Notes: generated from the letters alone by a model not told the origin. Numbered from the whole stretch's first letter, positions 39,011-53,479 are shown. The stretch is 63,791 bases of DNA, filler included, from Octopus bimaculoides (GCF_001194135.2; 7 parts of 7 records of this genome joined end to end with filler, not necessarily neighbours in it), one strand, 5' to 3'. Numbers and translations are program-made.

Positions 39011-39749
39011 TAATTATACCTGACTGAATTGTTTTACAATCAAAATTATGTCTATTTTTAAGACAGTAGCAATAAACCAAAGGGAAATTTAGTTGTCATT
39101 TCTTGCAAAGCGTGTGACTATCTTGTTGGTTTGATGTCAGTTTAGTTATGATTGTTGAAGGGTGTATATATTTGAAATATAATATTATGTTTTTTTCTGT
39201 TCAATTTTTGGATATTTTTCCTATGTGATTTCACAATTAATGCAAGTAAAGTAAAGTTTTGAGTTATTGGGTCAAAAGCTATGACTATGGCATTGTAACA
39301 CATTCTGTTCCAATGGCACAAACAATAATGAGACCCACAAACATCTATTATGTAGATATAAGCAGGCTACATAACACACCCACACATCCACCCACGCACG
39401 TACCGACAAGTCCCCCCCCCCCCGTGGCTAGGAATTTACACTTACTATTTACAGAAGACAAAGTGAAAGCAGTCAAACAAAGCCATAAGCAAATCTTTTG
39501 TTACGTTTTACTTCTCCTATTTACTGAAAGGGTAGGAGGAAATCATAATTGTAAAGCCTCCTCCAGAATCCAAAACAATATGAATGGAGAAGAGCTTAAA
39601 ACTGATTCTGCCAGATGTTTCTTTGTGGTCTTTAACGAAAATATTTGGTCACAAGAAAATCTTTATGGGAGAGTGAAGATAAAGACCACTGATAAAACAG
39701 AGCAGGCACCCACCCAAACACATAAATTTATAAGCACATGATTAGAAAT

Positions 39750-39788
<39 letters not shown>

Positions 39789-40627
39789 TACACACATGTG
39801 TATATACACATACATGCATGCACACACATGTGCATACACATGCACACACATGTGCATACACATATGTGTATATACACATACATGCATGCACACACATGTG
39901 CATACACATGCATGCAAACACACATATGTATACACACAAACACACACATGTGCATACACACAAACAGACACATGTAAATACACACACACATGCACACAAA
40001 CATACGCACATGTGCATAAACACATACATACACACAAGCACACGCACATGTGCATACACACAAACACATACATATGTGCATACACACATATATGTACTTC
40101 TGTCTACTTGTGTATATGATCATGATCATGAAGATGATGATCACCATTTAACGTCTGTTTTCCATGCTGGCATGAGTTAGATGATTTGACAAGAGCTGGC
40201 AAACCAGAGGGCTGAGCCAGGCTCTATTGTCTGTTTTGGGCAAGGTTTCTACAGCTGGATGTCCTTCCTAACACCAGGATGGTTTGACAGGATGTGATGA
40301 GTTGGAGGAATGAGCTATGTTCCAATAACTGCTTTGTCATGGTTTCTATACCCAGTTGCTCTTCTTAATACCAACCACTTTGCAGCGTGCACTGGGTGTT
40401 TCTTTTCATGACTGAGTGGGGCTACAATAAAGAGAGAGAGAGAGAGAGGTGGCTTTGTGCTAGGTGGTGAAAGTTTAGAGCGGTGGTTCTCAGCTGGGCT
40501 CCATATTGCCCTTTGGGGGGCTGTATAAAACTTTATTGTTAAAATTTATCTGCAATAAATTGGTTATACTTCTACAGTACACAAAATATTTGAGCAATTT
40601 TTTAATACGATTCCTAATAATATTTAA

Positions 40628-40844
40628 CCCTTTAGCATTTAAACCAGCTATATCCAGCCAAAATATTCTACCTGTTTTATGTTCAAACTGACCAGATCTG
40701 ACCTCTCATACCAACCCTACACTGTCATTCTAAAAATTAACAGTTACCTCTTCAAAATCTCAAAGCTACAAGATAATGCATGATTAATTCAAAGCAAAGT
40801 GAATTAAACATTACATTTGACAGAATAATATGAATGCTAATGGG
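40628..40844. mobile_element. piggyBac-type MITE
   Basis: TTAA-CCCTTTAGCATT ... AATGCTAATGGG-TTAA. Second copy at 46167-46598 and a truncated start near 33287. Confidence 0.8.
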
Positions 40845-41819
40845 TTAATTATAAAAATATAATATGATTTTTTTAAACATCACATGACTAGGAGGATCCA
40901 TCTGAATAAAATAGGAATCAAAGGGGTTAATAGGCAAAAAATGGTTGAGAAAAACTGGGTTAGAGTATGAAGGAAGGGGCCAGAACAGGTTTTGTACTTG
41001 TAGAGGTGATACATAGAAACTGATATTATGCAAGTATGAATGAGGGTCATCAGGGTGAAGGTGGGAAGAAAGATAAAGATAGTGGTGATGAGGTGTCAGG
41101 GTGGGCCTCCGGGAGGGGGGGGGGACAAAAGAATGGATTAGGTGAGTAGACTTTGCAAGAATGTGTTGGGAGAATAAAGGATAAGTAGATATAGGGAAGG
41201 AGGGGGGAAGAATGTATTGAGTAAAGAACAAAGGCTTAGAAGAGAGGGTTGATGATGAATATGAGTAGGATGGAAAGTAGGGGAGAGTAGGTGATGACAA
41301 GGGATTGGATAGGGTCAGGAAGTGAATGGTGGAGAGGTGATCAATGGTACATATGAGTTGGAGGGAAGTTTGAGGAGAATAGATACTGACTGGTAACAGA
41401 TAAAAGATGAACAGCAGAATAGTAATAATACAGTAGACAGAAAAAGGATGAAAGAAAGGGGTATGACATGTGGGTGGATTGGCTACAAAATTTGAGAGGT
41501 GAGACTGATGTAGTGCATGGGGAGAGGGGAAGTCAATAGGAAGTAGTTCAGTGGGAGAGAATGAGAGAGAGAATTTAGTAGCTTAGGGGGTTAGCTGATC
41601 AATGTAAAATGTGAGTGGAGAAGGACAATATTAAGAATGAAGGACAGAGGTCAAGTGAAGTGATTCCAGGTAGTGAGAAAGATAACTGGTATCACAGAAA
41701 AAGATGATGATAAGACATGAAGTTTGTCCCTCATTTAACTACAGTAGTAGAAGAAACCAGCTTGGTAAGTGATGGAGAGACTAGTGGGACAGATGGACAG
41801 AGAGGAAGGTTAGTTGAGA

Positions 41820-42170
41820 AGGTAGTTTTTGTGTGTGGCAGATGCACATGGGCAATAGACACTGAAGATGTACAGAAAACAGATTCCATCACATGCCAGG
41901 AAGAAAAACTAGAAGTAGTTGATAGCTTCTGCTACCTAGGTGACCAAATCTGTAGTGGGGTGGTTGCTCTGAGAGTCGAGCGGCTAGAATAAGAATAATC
42001 TGGACAAAGTTCAGGGAGCTCCTACCTCTGCTGGCAACTAAGAGCCTCTCGCTCAGGATGAAAGGTAGAACTGCCATGCTACATAGCAATGAAATAGGGG
42101 CCATGACTGCTGAGGACATGCATAGGCTTGAAAGAAATGAAGTTAGTATGATCTGCTGGATGTGTAATGC
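41820..42170 (+). mobile_element. Decayed RTE-clade LINE fragment
   Basis: FVCGRC..EKLEVVDSFCYLGDQI, RIRIIWTKFRELLPLLATK, EDMHRLERNEVSMICWMCN. Confidence 0.85.
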
Positions 42171-43358
42171 CAGGAGAGGGAGACGGAGAGTTATTCTTTC
42201 CCTTTCACAGTAAGTGGTTAAAACAAAAACTTTGCAAGTTTTATGCTTTAATTTTGATCCAAGACAGTTAAGTGAGTGACCAAGTTTTGTAATCTTACAC
42301 ATTTCCATCCATATTTCTTACTTTAATCAAAACTCCCAAAACAATGGAAGGTTGTGGGGCTCTACATGGTTTCGAAGCCTGCTACAAATACGAGTCGAAT
42401 CTCTCACCAATTAAACTCCATCAACATAAACAAAAAAAGAATACAGAGGATAATGTAACCTTAGATATTTGGTGTAAGACAGAATGGTCATGGCTGGAAT
42501 GCATTTGATCATAGGTTGATCAATCAAGGTTGATCAATCAAGGTTGATCTGAGGGCTAATCAACAACACCAACTCCCAAACACAATTATGCACAAATGAA
42601 CAAGTCCTACAACATCCAGAGGAAGTCACCCACCATCACCAAATGGGTTGAATTTATTTAATACTATAACTTCTACCAAAAAAACTATTAGGAAATTGAA
42701 CATACCTTTTGTGCATCACATAGTTTGCAAGATTTCTCACCTCCCAAATTGCAACTTAATGTTCTGATTTTTTGCCAAGAAAATATCTGCTAATTTCGCA
42801 GAATATGCCTTCCTTCTTTCCTCCAGATGGCGTTGTAAATAGTAATTCTGAAGATAAAGTTACAGCATTTGGTGCCTTTCTTACTTTGATTTTCACACTG
42901 CACAGACACAACAAAACATTTTCTTCTTCATTCTACCAGATTCTGCAACACATGCACACAGTCACTAAGTGCAAAACTAATGTGTAATTCTCTATATTAT
43001 CACAGAGCCTACTAGAAAATAGCAACCAAATATGCCTCAAATTACATCCCAATAAGATTATATGTTAATTAAAAAGTTATACCTTTTTCAAATACTCAAA
43101 GCACTTCACTCTGATTCAATTAAATAATCCATGTTTTCAGCACATGCCCTATTATGGTTTGGCTGAGTTCTGGTTTGTATATACAATAAATAGCTATAAG
43201 TCACAAATCTCTCTCTGTGGACAGAAGATACATACTTTTTTCCCTGATGGGGGTGTAGGAAAACTCTAAATCAGTCAGATAAAAGTTGTGGTGAAACCAC
43301 TTAAAGTCCAAATTAAAATTAATTTAGTACAAGAGATAACTTACATTTCATGTCATCC

Positions 43359-43418
<60 letters not shown>

Positions 43419-43443
43419 CTATCTATCTATCTATCTATCTATC

Positions 43444-43506
<63 letters not shown>

Positions 43507-46166
43507 CTATCTATCTATCTCTATCTATCTATCTATCTATCTATCTATCCACCCATCCATCCATCCATCCATCCATCCATCCATCCATCCATCCATTAAT
43601 GTGGTGCTCCAGCATGGCCGCAGTCGCATGATTGAAACAAGTAAAAGAATAAAAGAATATAAAATATATATTTATATCTTCTATCTTTCACTTGTTTCAG
43701 TCATTAGACTGTGACCATGCTGGGGCACTGCCTTGAAGAATCTTTAGTCGAATGAATCAACCCCAGTACTTGCTTTTTAAGCCTGGGATTTATTCTAAAA
43801 ATCTCTTTGGCTGAACTGCCAAGCTACAGGAATGTAAACATACCAGCACCAGTTGTCAAACAGTGTGTGTGTAGGGGCATGGGGCATAAAGACAAAGATA
43901 CACACATAGTTATAAATACAAATATATATATACATATATATATATATATCATCATCATCATCGTTTAACGTCCGCTTTCCATGCTAGCATGGGTTGGATG
44001 ATTTGACTGAGGACTGGTGAAACCGGATAGATAGATAGATATAGGTATATAGTAATTCTGTAATTCTCACTTTTGCCAGCTGAGTGATCATAAGTCCAAC
44101 ACTCTAACCACTAAGCCATGCACCTCTACCTTCATGCTTGTATGGGTTAAGCCAAATTCATTGAGGCAAATTTTCTGAGGCTGGGTACTCTTCCTGTCAT
44201 CAACAGTCATTGATTTCCTAGCAAAGTATTATTTCTTCCTGTCCTTTAAACACAAATAGGACAATGACAATACATATTTTTAGAGAAAATTGCAAGTGAA
44301 TGCCATTGCTAATTTGATGATGATGCAGTTTGTTTTTAGTTAGCATGTGATGTCAAAACATTAACATATGAACAAGCACAGACATACACAAACACATACA
44401 CACATACATATATGTATACATATACATTCATGCATACATACACATAGATATTTGCACACATACATACATACATACATACATACATACATACATACATACA
44501 TTTATGCATAGGAAAGCAAAAAAAAAAATTGCTTAAAAATGCAAAGTTAGGAGAAAAATAATAGATATGTTTAATATTCCAACTTCAACAATTCCCAATA
44601 TTGAAATGAAACACTTGAAATATGCATTAAACTGTAAATAACTTCAGAACTGTTATGACAAGTACTAAGATATACAGCAACCTGCTAACAATGCAATGGG
44701 CCAATGAGGGCACCTCTACGTGGTGACTTGGCTTGCTAGAAATACCAGCAAAATACCATCTTAAAAAAAGGTGATTTGATGGAGATTTGGTTGCAGTTTC
44801 TTGCAAATCTAACAATCAAGCAGACCTATGATTAAGATCATTTCCCAGGTATGAATACTATATCTAGGACTACATTATTCAATGTGTCTTGTTTTAAGGA
44901 CTGTAGTGTGGTTTGAGAGAAATATGGGTGCATTAGGAACTCTCCCAAAAGATTTGAACAAACAGGGAGAGAGGAAATAGGCATAAAACCTAGTCTAGGG
45001 CAGCTCCAGAAAAAAGTGTTATTAGGGACAGCGAGGATACTTAGGAAGGGTTTTGGTATCTAAGGTTGTAGCCTGATGTTAGAGATTTTTCTTTTCCAAC
45101 AGTTTAATCTGTTGTGCGTGTATGAAATAATGATAATATTAATAATAATAAAGTTTTCAGGGAAGAATGTATAAGAGTCTGCCTGTTCTCTTCTTCATAT
45201 GCTTCAAAATGGTAAAAAGAGCACAGTCATCTTTAAAATGTTTATGAAGGAACAAGAGGCAAGAGACCACAAAACTTTTGCTTTTCAAAACAGAACTATC
45301 CGTCCGTCCGTCTGTCTGTCTGTCTGTCTGTCTATATAAGTACTGAAATGTGGTTGTCAAAACTATGATGATGATAATATCAATGATGATAATAATAATC
45401 ATCATCATCATCGTTTAACGTCCGCTTTCCATGCTAGCATGGGTTGGACGATTTGACTGAGGACTGGTGAAACCGGATGGCTACACCAGGCTCCAATCTG
45501 ATTTGGCAGAGTTTCTACAGCTGGATGCCCTTCCTAACGCCAATGATGATAATAATGATGATGATGATAATGTTGATTGATGATGATAATGATGATGGTG
45601 ATGGTGATGGTGATGATGATGATGATGATGATGATGATGNNNNNNNNNNNNNNNNNNNNNNNNNNNNNNNNNNNNNNNNNNNNNNNNNNNNNNNNNNNNN
45701 NNNNNNNNNNNNNNNNNNNNNNNNNNNNNNNNNNNNNGTGGTGGTGGTGGTGGTGGTAGTGGTGGTGGTGATGATGAATATGTATATTTACATGCAAGTC
45801 ATACACATATGATGACTTCAATGGTCACCTCAAAATTCAGAACTATGTAATCACTGCCTTTATGAAAGCAACATTCCATACTATGTAACATTTTAGCTGT
45901 TGTTACAGAATGCAGGTTAAGTTTGTAATATTTCGACATAACTAATTACATACCATCACATAATCTTCACTAAACAAACATAATAAGCAAAACAAAACAA
46001 AAAGAACAAAAAAAAAACCCAGCAACAAACAAACCGAACATCATCGTTGGCAAAAATCCCCACATTTTGCATGTTAACAATATATTTATATTCAGGTACA
46101 GTTGGAGAACTAAAGTAATTACAAACAAAAGAACTGACATATTCAGAATAATTTTAATAATTTTAA

Positions 46167-46598
46167 CCCTATAACATTTAATCAGCCGTAACCAGCCCAA
46201 ATATTCTACCAGTTTTATGCTGAAACCAGCCAGATCAGACTTCTGTCACCTACCCTACAATGTCATTCTAAAAAACAATCATACAAGGGGGTGCTGAAAA
46301 GTTTCTGGCTTTAAGTGTATTGTGAAAGGCCTGGCTGGAGGCCTAACCTTCTGAGCTCTTTTACAGGGTTCAGAATAACTGAAGGACTGCCGCAATACGT
46401 GTGAATCTAAGAGGGGAATATGTTGAATGAAAACATAATTAACTGATCCTTCTATATTTTCTTTTATCCAAAGCCAGGAACTTTTTAGCACCCCTTTGTA
46501 TCACTGAAATCTCAAAGCTCCAAAATAATGCATTATTAATTCAAAACAATGTGAATTTATAAGCATTTCATTGACAGAGCAATCTGAATGCTAAAGGG
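46167..46598. mobile_element. piggyBac-type MITE interrupted by a mariner MITE
   Basis: ttaa-ccctataacattt ... aatgctaaaggg-tgaa. Collinear with 40628-40844 once 46282-46498 is removed. Confidence 0.75.
46284..46498 (+). mobile_element. Mariner-derived MITE (215 bp)
   Basis: TIRs caagggggtgctgaaaagtttctggcttt / aaagccaggaactttttagcacccctttg with a TA TSD. The interior retains a transposase C-terminus (..NLRGEYVE*). Confidence 0.85.
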
Positions 46599-47407
46599 TG
46601 AAGTTTAGCCAAGAGTAAAAAAATACAAAAGATATTTGTTGAAAAGAACCCTTGTTGCATATTTAAAATTGATAAAAATTAAACTGTAAAAAATGATAAA
46701 AAAACATCATGGATAGAAATAGAGTATCATTATATCAATCAACCACAATTGCAGTCTGGACAGAAATCCTCTTAATTTAAGCTCAAGGAATGACTTTTTG
46801 GGGAACTCCTCAATTGGTGTTTTGAGATTGCTTTGAAGTGCTATGAGTGAAATACTCACTACCCCAATCACTGAAGCTAGAGTATGTTGAGATTCCAACA
46901 GCATGTTTGTTCTAGTTGAGGCCTGCTGTCCAAATAGGGGTCTTTCAAATCTCTCTTTTCCTTATCTGATGTGACTTTTCCCTCTGCTTCTCGTTTGGCC
47001 CCTTGACTACTCCCTTTTGCTGATTTAACATTTTCAGTGCATGACACACTAAACCACATAGTCATATTAGAATGAGCTGTTTGCACTTCAGTAAAGAATT
47101 ATACATATACATATGCCATATAGCTGAAAGAAATCTGTTTTATGTTTGTGTGTGTGTGTGTGTGTGTATTGTGCGCATGTGTGTGCATGTGTGTGTGTAT
47201 GTATTTGCCCCCCACCACTGCATGACAACCAGTGTTGGTGTATCAACAGCCCTGTAACTTAGCAGTTCAGCAAAAGGAACCAATAGAATAATACAGAAAA
47301 AGTAATAGGTACTAGGTTGATAAGTTTCACTAAAATTGTTCAAGGTGGTGCCCCAGTATGGCCACTGTCTGATGACTGAACCAAGTAAACGATAAAAGAT
47401 AAAAGAC

Positions 47408-47472
<65 letters not shown>

Positions 47473-47572
47473 NNNNNNNNNNNNNNNNNNNNNNNNNNNN
47501 NNNNNNNNNNNNNNNNTTAATTAATTAANNNNNNNNNNNNNNNNNNNNNNNNNNNNNNNNNNNNNNNNNNNN

Positions 47573-47605
<33 letters not shown>

Positions 47606-48081
47606 CAGGCTTCCATGTAGCTTCTTTTTACCAAATTCACTTACAGAGCATTGCTCACCTGAAACTGTAGTAGAAACAATTGCTAAAGGAGGTGTCACAC
47701 AATAGGACTGAACTCCAAACCATGCAATGGTAAGTACTATGTCAAACATAGAGATTGGGACTTGACTTAAGAACACGGGTTGACAGTAGGGTTCCTTAGT
47801 CTGGAAGGTGGAAACTTGAAACTTATAGTTGATAAGAACAAAGTGACATGGAGGTTGCTCATGTATATACATGCACATGTATATGTGTATGCTTGTATTG
47901 TATACGTATGTGTGTGTGTGTGATTTATGTGCTTATATGCATGTGTATTTGTGAGCTTGTGCATATATATGCGTGTATGTATATATATGTATATGTATGC
48001 ATATATGTATATATATGTGTGTATGTAAATATGTGTGTGTATATATGCGTATGTGTGTATGTGTGTATATATATATATATA

Positions 48082-48115
<34 letters not shown>

Positions 48116-50511
48116 NNNNNNNNNNNNNNNNNNNNNNNNNNNNNNNNNNNNNNNNNNNNNNNNNNNNNNNNNNNNNNNNNNNNNNNNNNNNNNNNNNNNN
48201 NNNNNNNNNNNNNNNNNNNNNNNNNNNNNNNNNNNNNNNNNNNNNNNNNNNNNNNNNNNNNNNNNNNNNNNNNNNNNNNNNNNNNNNNNNNNNNNNNNNN
48301 NNNNNNNNNNNNNNNNNNNNNNNNNNNNNNNNNNNNNNNNNNNNNNNNNNNNNNNNNNNNNNNNNNNNNNNNNNNNNNNNNNNNNNNNNNNNNNNNNNNN
48401 NNNNNNNNNNNNNNNNNNNNNNNNNNNNNNNNNNNNNNNNNNNNNNNNNNNNNNNNNNNNNNNNNNNNNNNNNNNNNNNNNNNNNNNNNNNNNNNNNNNN
48501 NNNNNNNNNNNNNNNNNNNNNNNNNNNNNNNNNNNNNNNNNNNNNNNNNNNNNNNNNNNNNNNNNNNNNNNNNNNNNNNNNNNNNNNNNNNNNNNNNNNN
48601 NNNNNNNNNNNNNNNNNNNNNNNNNNNNNNNNNNNNNNNNNNNNNNNNNNNNNNNNNNNNNNNNNNNNNNNNNNNNNNNNNNNNNNNNNNNNNNNNNNNN
48701 NNNNNNNNNNNNNNNNNNNNNNNNNNNNNNNNNNNNNNNNNNNNNNNNNNNNNNNNNNNNNNNNNNNNNNNNNNNNNNNNNNNNNNNNNNNNNNNNNNNN
48801 NNNNNNNNNNNNNNNNNNNACACAATGCTTGAACATCATCTTTTTTTATCATTTTTGGTATATTTTATATTTCTGAAAACTATTATCCATAAATTTAATG
48901 AAATTTTAAACAAATTGTATTTAAATCTACCTAAATTTGGGTGACTGAGCAAGAAATATTATTACTGATTTTCTGCTGCTGCTAACAACAACAGCAAAAA
49001 TGATAATAATAATAATAATAATTATTATTATTATTATTATTATTATTATGATAGTAATAATAATAATAAAAATAATTTTAAAGATTAAATAGTGGGAGGA
49101 GATAATGTTGAAAATTCTGATTCTTTGTTTTTCTGAAGAACATTGAAATACCAAAACAAGACAAATACACATAAACATGAGCCTGTAATATGTGTGTATA
49201 TGTATGTATACATATATGCATGTATGTATGGGCGTGTTATTATTTGTATGTGCATTTGTGCATATAAGTGTGTGGGTGGGACAGCCCTACCAGTATAGGT
49301 GTCACTATAAATCCACCCAGAATACTCTGTAAAGTGGGTTGTAAGCAAGCAGGGTCATAGGGGTCAAGATGATCCTTTAATCTTGTCAAGAATTTGTCAC
49401 TATTTCTAGTGCTGTTGCCACAATAAATTGCACCCAGTACACTCTCTGAACTAATCGGCATATGTAGTCATGGACCAGACACAGACACACTCTTGACTCT
49501 CTCACTCTTTGACACTCTGGCAATTCCAGAGTGTGATAGCTGGTGGGAGAGAGAGAGGTGGGGGAGCTGCACTAGTACTTGGCCATTGTTCATTTTTCAG
49601 CTGGGTAGACTGGAGGAAGGACACAATATGCTGCATGATCCCGGAATTGATCTCACTACCTTATAACTTATATATATAAATATTTAAATCATCATCATCA
49701 TCATTTAACATCCGTTGTCCATGTTGGTATGGGTTGGAGTTTGACTGGGGTGGCACACTGGAATGCTGTGCCAGGCTCCAGTCTTATTTGGCATGGTTTT
49801 CTACAGCTGGATGCCCTTCCTAACACCAACCACTCAGAGAGTGTAATGGGTGCTTTTACATGCCACTGGCATGGGTACCATTTGTGTTATACCAGTATCT
49901 GCCATGACTGTAATCTTGCATGGTTTGATGGGTCTTCTACTCAAGCACGACATAATGCCAAAGGTCTTGGTCATAGCCTCTGTGAGGCCCAACATATGAA
50001 CACTGTGGGAATGAATTTTGAGTAACTGTTAACATAATTTACTCTAAAGTATGGATGACTTAAGTTTACTTTTAACCTCCCCATTTTTACAAACACCAAG
50101 TTGATAGTTAACTCACTTTGTGATCATGAGTGCACCAAACTTCACATGTGCATTTGCTCATATTTTTGTGGATGCTTGTTAACGGTTATTTTTAATACAT
50201 TTCTCGCTAGATTACATGTTCGTTTCTCTTGTTTTCCATTTGTGATTTTATTTTTGATCTTCTACATGAATGAAGATATTTTCTCTGTCTGGCTACTTTT
50301 CTCTCTACAAAACGAGAAGTGACATTGCGGAACTGCTATTTTAATGAGTTGTGTCTATTTATCACCTGATGAGATACATCTGCACCACCAGATGCTCCTG
50401 GACCAGTTGTTGAGTGTCCCACCTGTGAGAGATCAATGCTAGATGTGTCAAAACAATTGTCGTGATTAATAATATATTCTCATATGTTCCATCTTCCATC
50501 TTTCATTGGCC

Positions 50512-50582
<71 letters not shown>

Positions 50583-50585
<3 letters not shown>

Positions 50586-51123
50586 TAATGCCTTGATATA
50601 TGAGTCTGCTCATAAGGCAAAAATTCAGAAAGCAGAGCAATAATTTCCCATAGTAGCAATATTATAAATCGTAATTCATTCCCAGAAGAATATTTTACAT
50701 ATAAAATTTACAATACTCATAAATAAATAGCAGTAAAGCAACAGTAGAATGTAAAGAATATTTTAATGTAAAGTAAAAAGAATGTCAAGATCATTTATGA
50801 TAAAATATATTATTATTATAATCGTTTTCAAAATTACTTTCACTGACACTAGACTCACACACACCATCACTTGCAGATGCGAATGCCAATTCACAAGCAC
50901 TCGTAGATGGACTTGTAGATTTCTTTTCAAAAATCAAGTCTAGAGTTGTTTGCTTAGAAGAAGCTTTTTCTCACTCTCTATAAATTTCTCAGTAACATGC
51001 AGAAGCATTTATGGTAGTAGAATCTTTTGCACTTCATTCAAAATTTGGATCCTGTAGTTGAAAAATAAAACTCGTAAACCCCAGGTCTCATAAAGCAGGT
51101 CCTCGTAAAGTGAGGTATTACTG
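50583..51123 (-). mobile_element. Tc1/pogo (Tigger-like) deletion derivative
   Basis: TA-cagtaatgccttgatatatgag ... ctcgtaaagtgaggtattactg-TA. The minus strand carries DPNFE*SAK..NASACY*EIY..KQTTLD, a pogo-type C-terminus. Confidence 0.8.
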
Positions 51124-51126
51124 TAT

Positions 51127-51540
51127 TCTTTTCTTTTATTCCTTTACTTGTTTTAGTCATTTGACTGTGGCTATGCTGGAGCACTACCTTAAAGGGTTTT
51201 AGTCAAAAAAATTGACCCCAAGACTTATTCCTTGTAAGTCTAGCACTCATTCTATTATTCCCTTTTGCCGAAACGTTAGATTACAGGAACGTAAACACAC
51301 CAACATCAGTTGACAAGCGATGGTGTGGGAGACAAACACAGACACACACACACACACACACACATGCACGCACATATATATATACATGTACAACAGGCTT
51401 TTTTCAGTTTCTGTCTACCAAATCCACTCACAAGACTTTGGTCAGCTTGAGGTTATAGTAGAAGACACTTGCCCAAGACACAATGGGACTGAGCCTGCAA
51501 CCATGTGGCTGTGAAGCAAACTTCTTACCACATATCCATG
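51127..51540 (-). mobile_element. Full-length tRNA-derived SINE (same family as 29389)
   Basis: Reverse complement of head, central (CA)n and tail of the 29389 element. Confidence 0.8.
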
Positions 51541-52524
51541 TTTGCACTTATATATATATATATATATCATCATCATCATCGTTTAACATCCGCTTTCCAT
51601 GCTAGCATGGGTTGGACGATTTGACTGAGGGCTGGTGAAACCGGATGGCAACACCAGGTTCCAATCTGATTTGGCAGAGTTTCTACAGCTTGATGCCCTT
51701 CCTAACGCCAACCACTCAGAGAGTGTAGTGGGTGCTTTTATGTGTCACCAACACGAAGGCCAGTCATACGGTACTAACAATGGCCACGCTCAAAATGGTG
51801 CATTTTATGTGCCACCCGCACAAGAGCCAGTCCTGGGGCACTGGCAACGATCTCGTTTGAAAATCCTACGAAGGCCAGTCATACGGTACTAACAATGGCC
51901 ACGCNNNNNNNNNNNNNNNNNNNNNNNNNNNNNNNNNNNNNNNNNNNNTTAATTAATTAANNNNNNNNNNNNNNNNNNNNNNNNNNNNNNNNNNNNNNNN
52001 NNNNGTGTGTGTGTGTGTGTCTGTGTTTGTCCCCCCAGCATCACTTGACAACCGGTGCTGGTGTGTTTACGTCCTCCGTAACTTAGCGGTTTCGGCAAAA
52101 AGAGTGACCAATAGAATAAGTAGTAGGCTTAACAAAGAATAAGTCCCCGGGGGTCGATTTTCTCGACTTAAAGGCGGGTACTCCAGTATGGCCGCAGTCA
52201 TACGACCGAAAAACAAGCGAAAGAGTAAACGAGATTAAACCGAAAATCCCGCAACAAACCACAGGAGGGGAACCTCCGACGAAATAAGCCCCAAATTTTC
52301 CTCAAATAATAATAATAATGATAATATAAAGGCCCTTACCGATTTATTAAATCTCCTGTGCTGTGTCTGTCAAAGAATTCCATATCTTGGGATATCAATG
52401 CGTTAAACAGCCTCATTCTTAGACGAGCCGCCACGTTCTCGCCCACTTTACTGAGCAACGAAATGAAGAAGGTCGTACATATACCCTGAAATATATTAGT
52501 TAAATATATATACACATTAGATTA

Positions 52525-53478
52525 GATTGGAGCCTGGTGTTGCCATCCGGTTTCACCAGTCCTCAGTCAAATCGTCCAGCAAAGCACCCACTACACTCTC
52601 GGAGTGGTAGGTTTAAGGAAGGGCATCCAGCTGTAGAAACTCTGCCAGATCAGATTGGAGCCTGGTGTAGCCATCTGGTTTCACCAGTCNNNNNNNNNNC
52701 GGTTTCACCAGTCCTCAGTCAAATCGTCCAGCAAAGCACCCACTACACTCTCGGAGTGGTAGGTTTAAGGAAGGGCATCCAGCTGTAGAAACTCTGCCAG
52801 ATCAGATTGGAGCCTGGTGTAGCCATCTGGTTTCACCAGTCCTCAGTCAAATCGTCCAGCTAAGCACCCACTACGCTCTCGGAGTGGTAGGTGTAAGGAA
52901 GGGCATCCAGCTGTAGAAACTCTGCCAGATCAGATTGGAGCCTGGTGTAGCCATCTGATTTCACCAGTCCTCAGTCAAATCGTCCAGCAAAGNNNNNNNN
53001 NNNNNNNNNNNNNNNNNNNNNNNNNNNNNNNNNNNNNNNNNNNNNNNNNNNNNNNNNNNNNNNNNNNNNNNNNNNNNNNNNNNNNNNNNNNNNNNNNNNN
53101 NNNNNNNNNNNNNNNNNNNNNNNNNNNNNNNNNNNNNNNNNNNNNNNNNNNNNNNNNNNNNNNNNNNNNNNNNNNNNNNNNNNNNNNNNNNNNNNNNNNN
53201 NGTAAGGAAGGGCATCCAGCTGTAGAAACTCTGCCAGATCAGATTGGAGCCTGGTGTAGCCATCTGGTTTCACCAGTCCTCAGTCAAATCGTTCAGCAAA
53301 GCACCCACTACACTCTCGGAGTGGTTGGCGTAAGGAAGGGCATCCAGCTGTAGAAACTCTGCCAGATCAGATTGGAGTCTGGTGTAGCCATCTGGTTTCA
53401 CCAGTCCTCAGTCAAATCGTCCAACCCATGCTAGCATGGAAAGCAGACGTTAAACGATGATGATGATGATGATGATGA
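52525..53478 (+). repeat. Tandem array of a 128-bp SINE-derived unit, ending in the native SINE tail
   Basis: gattggagcc recurs at 52525, 52653, 52805, 52933, 53242 and 53370 (128-bp period where ungapped). The last unit runs into acccatgctagcatggaaagcagacgttaaac(gat)n. There are two internal gaps. Confidence 0.9.
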
Positions 53479-53479
53479 C

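Noticed and set aside
40845-41720. Purine-rich strand-biased region with a 151-aa minus-strand ORF
   Set aside because: The P/S/L/H-rich composition follows from base skew and no domain was recognised.
46700-47090. Non-repetitive-looking segment with 65-69 aa ORFs
   Set aside because: There are no recognisable motifs and there are stops in all frames. It is possibly an old TE remnant.
50360-50410. CUGAUGA followed by a good hairpin (CAUCUG/CAGAUG)
   Set aside because: No GAAA follows the stem.
52525-53420. Minus-strand CUGAGGA-cuggu-GAAA in each array unit, as a possible retrozyme
   Set aside because: Helix II cannot form in 5 nt and there is no correctly placed NUH. It is ordinary SINE sequence.
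52525-53478. CRISPR-like appearance of regular repeats
   Set aside because: The units are contiguous 128-bp repeats with no unique spacers, and the context is eukaryotic.
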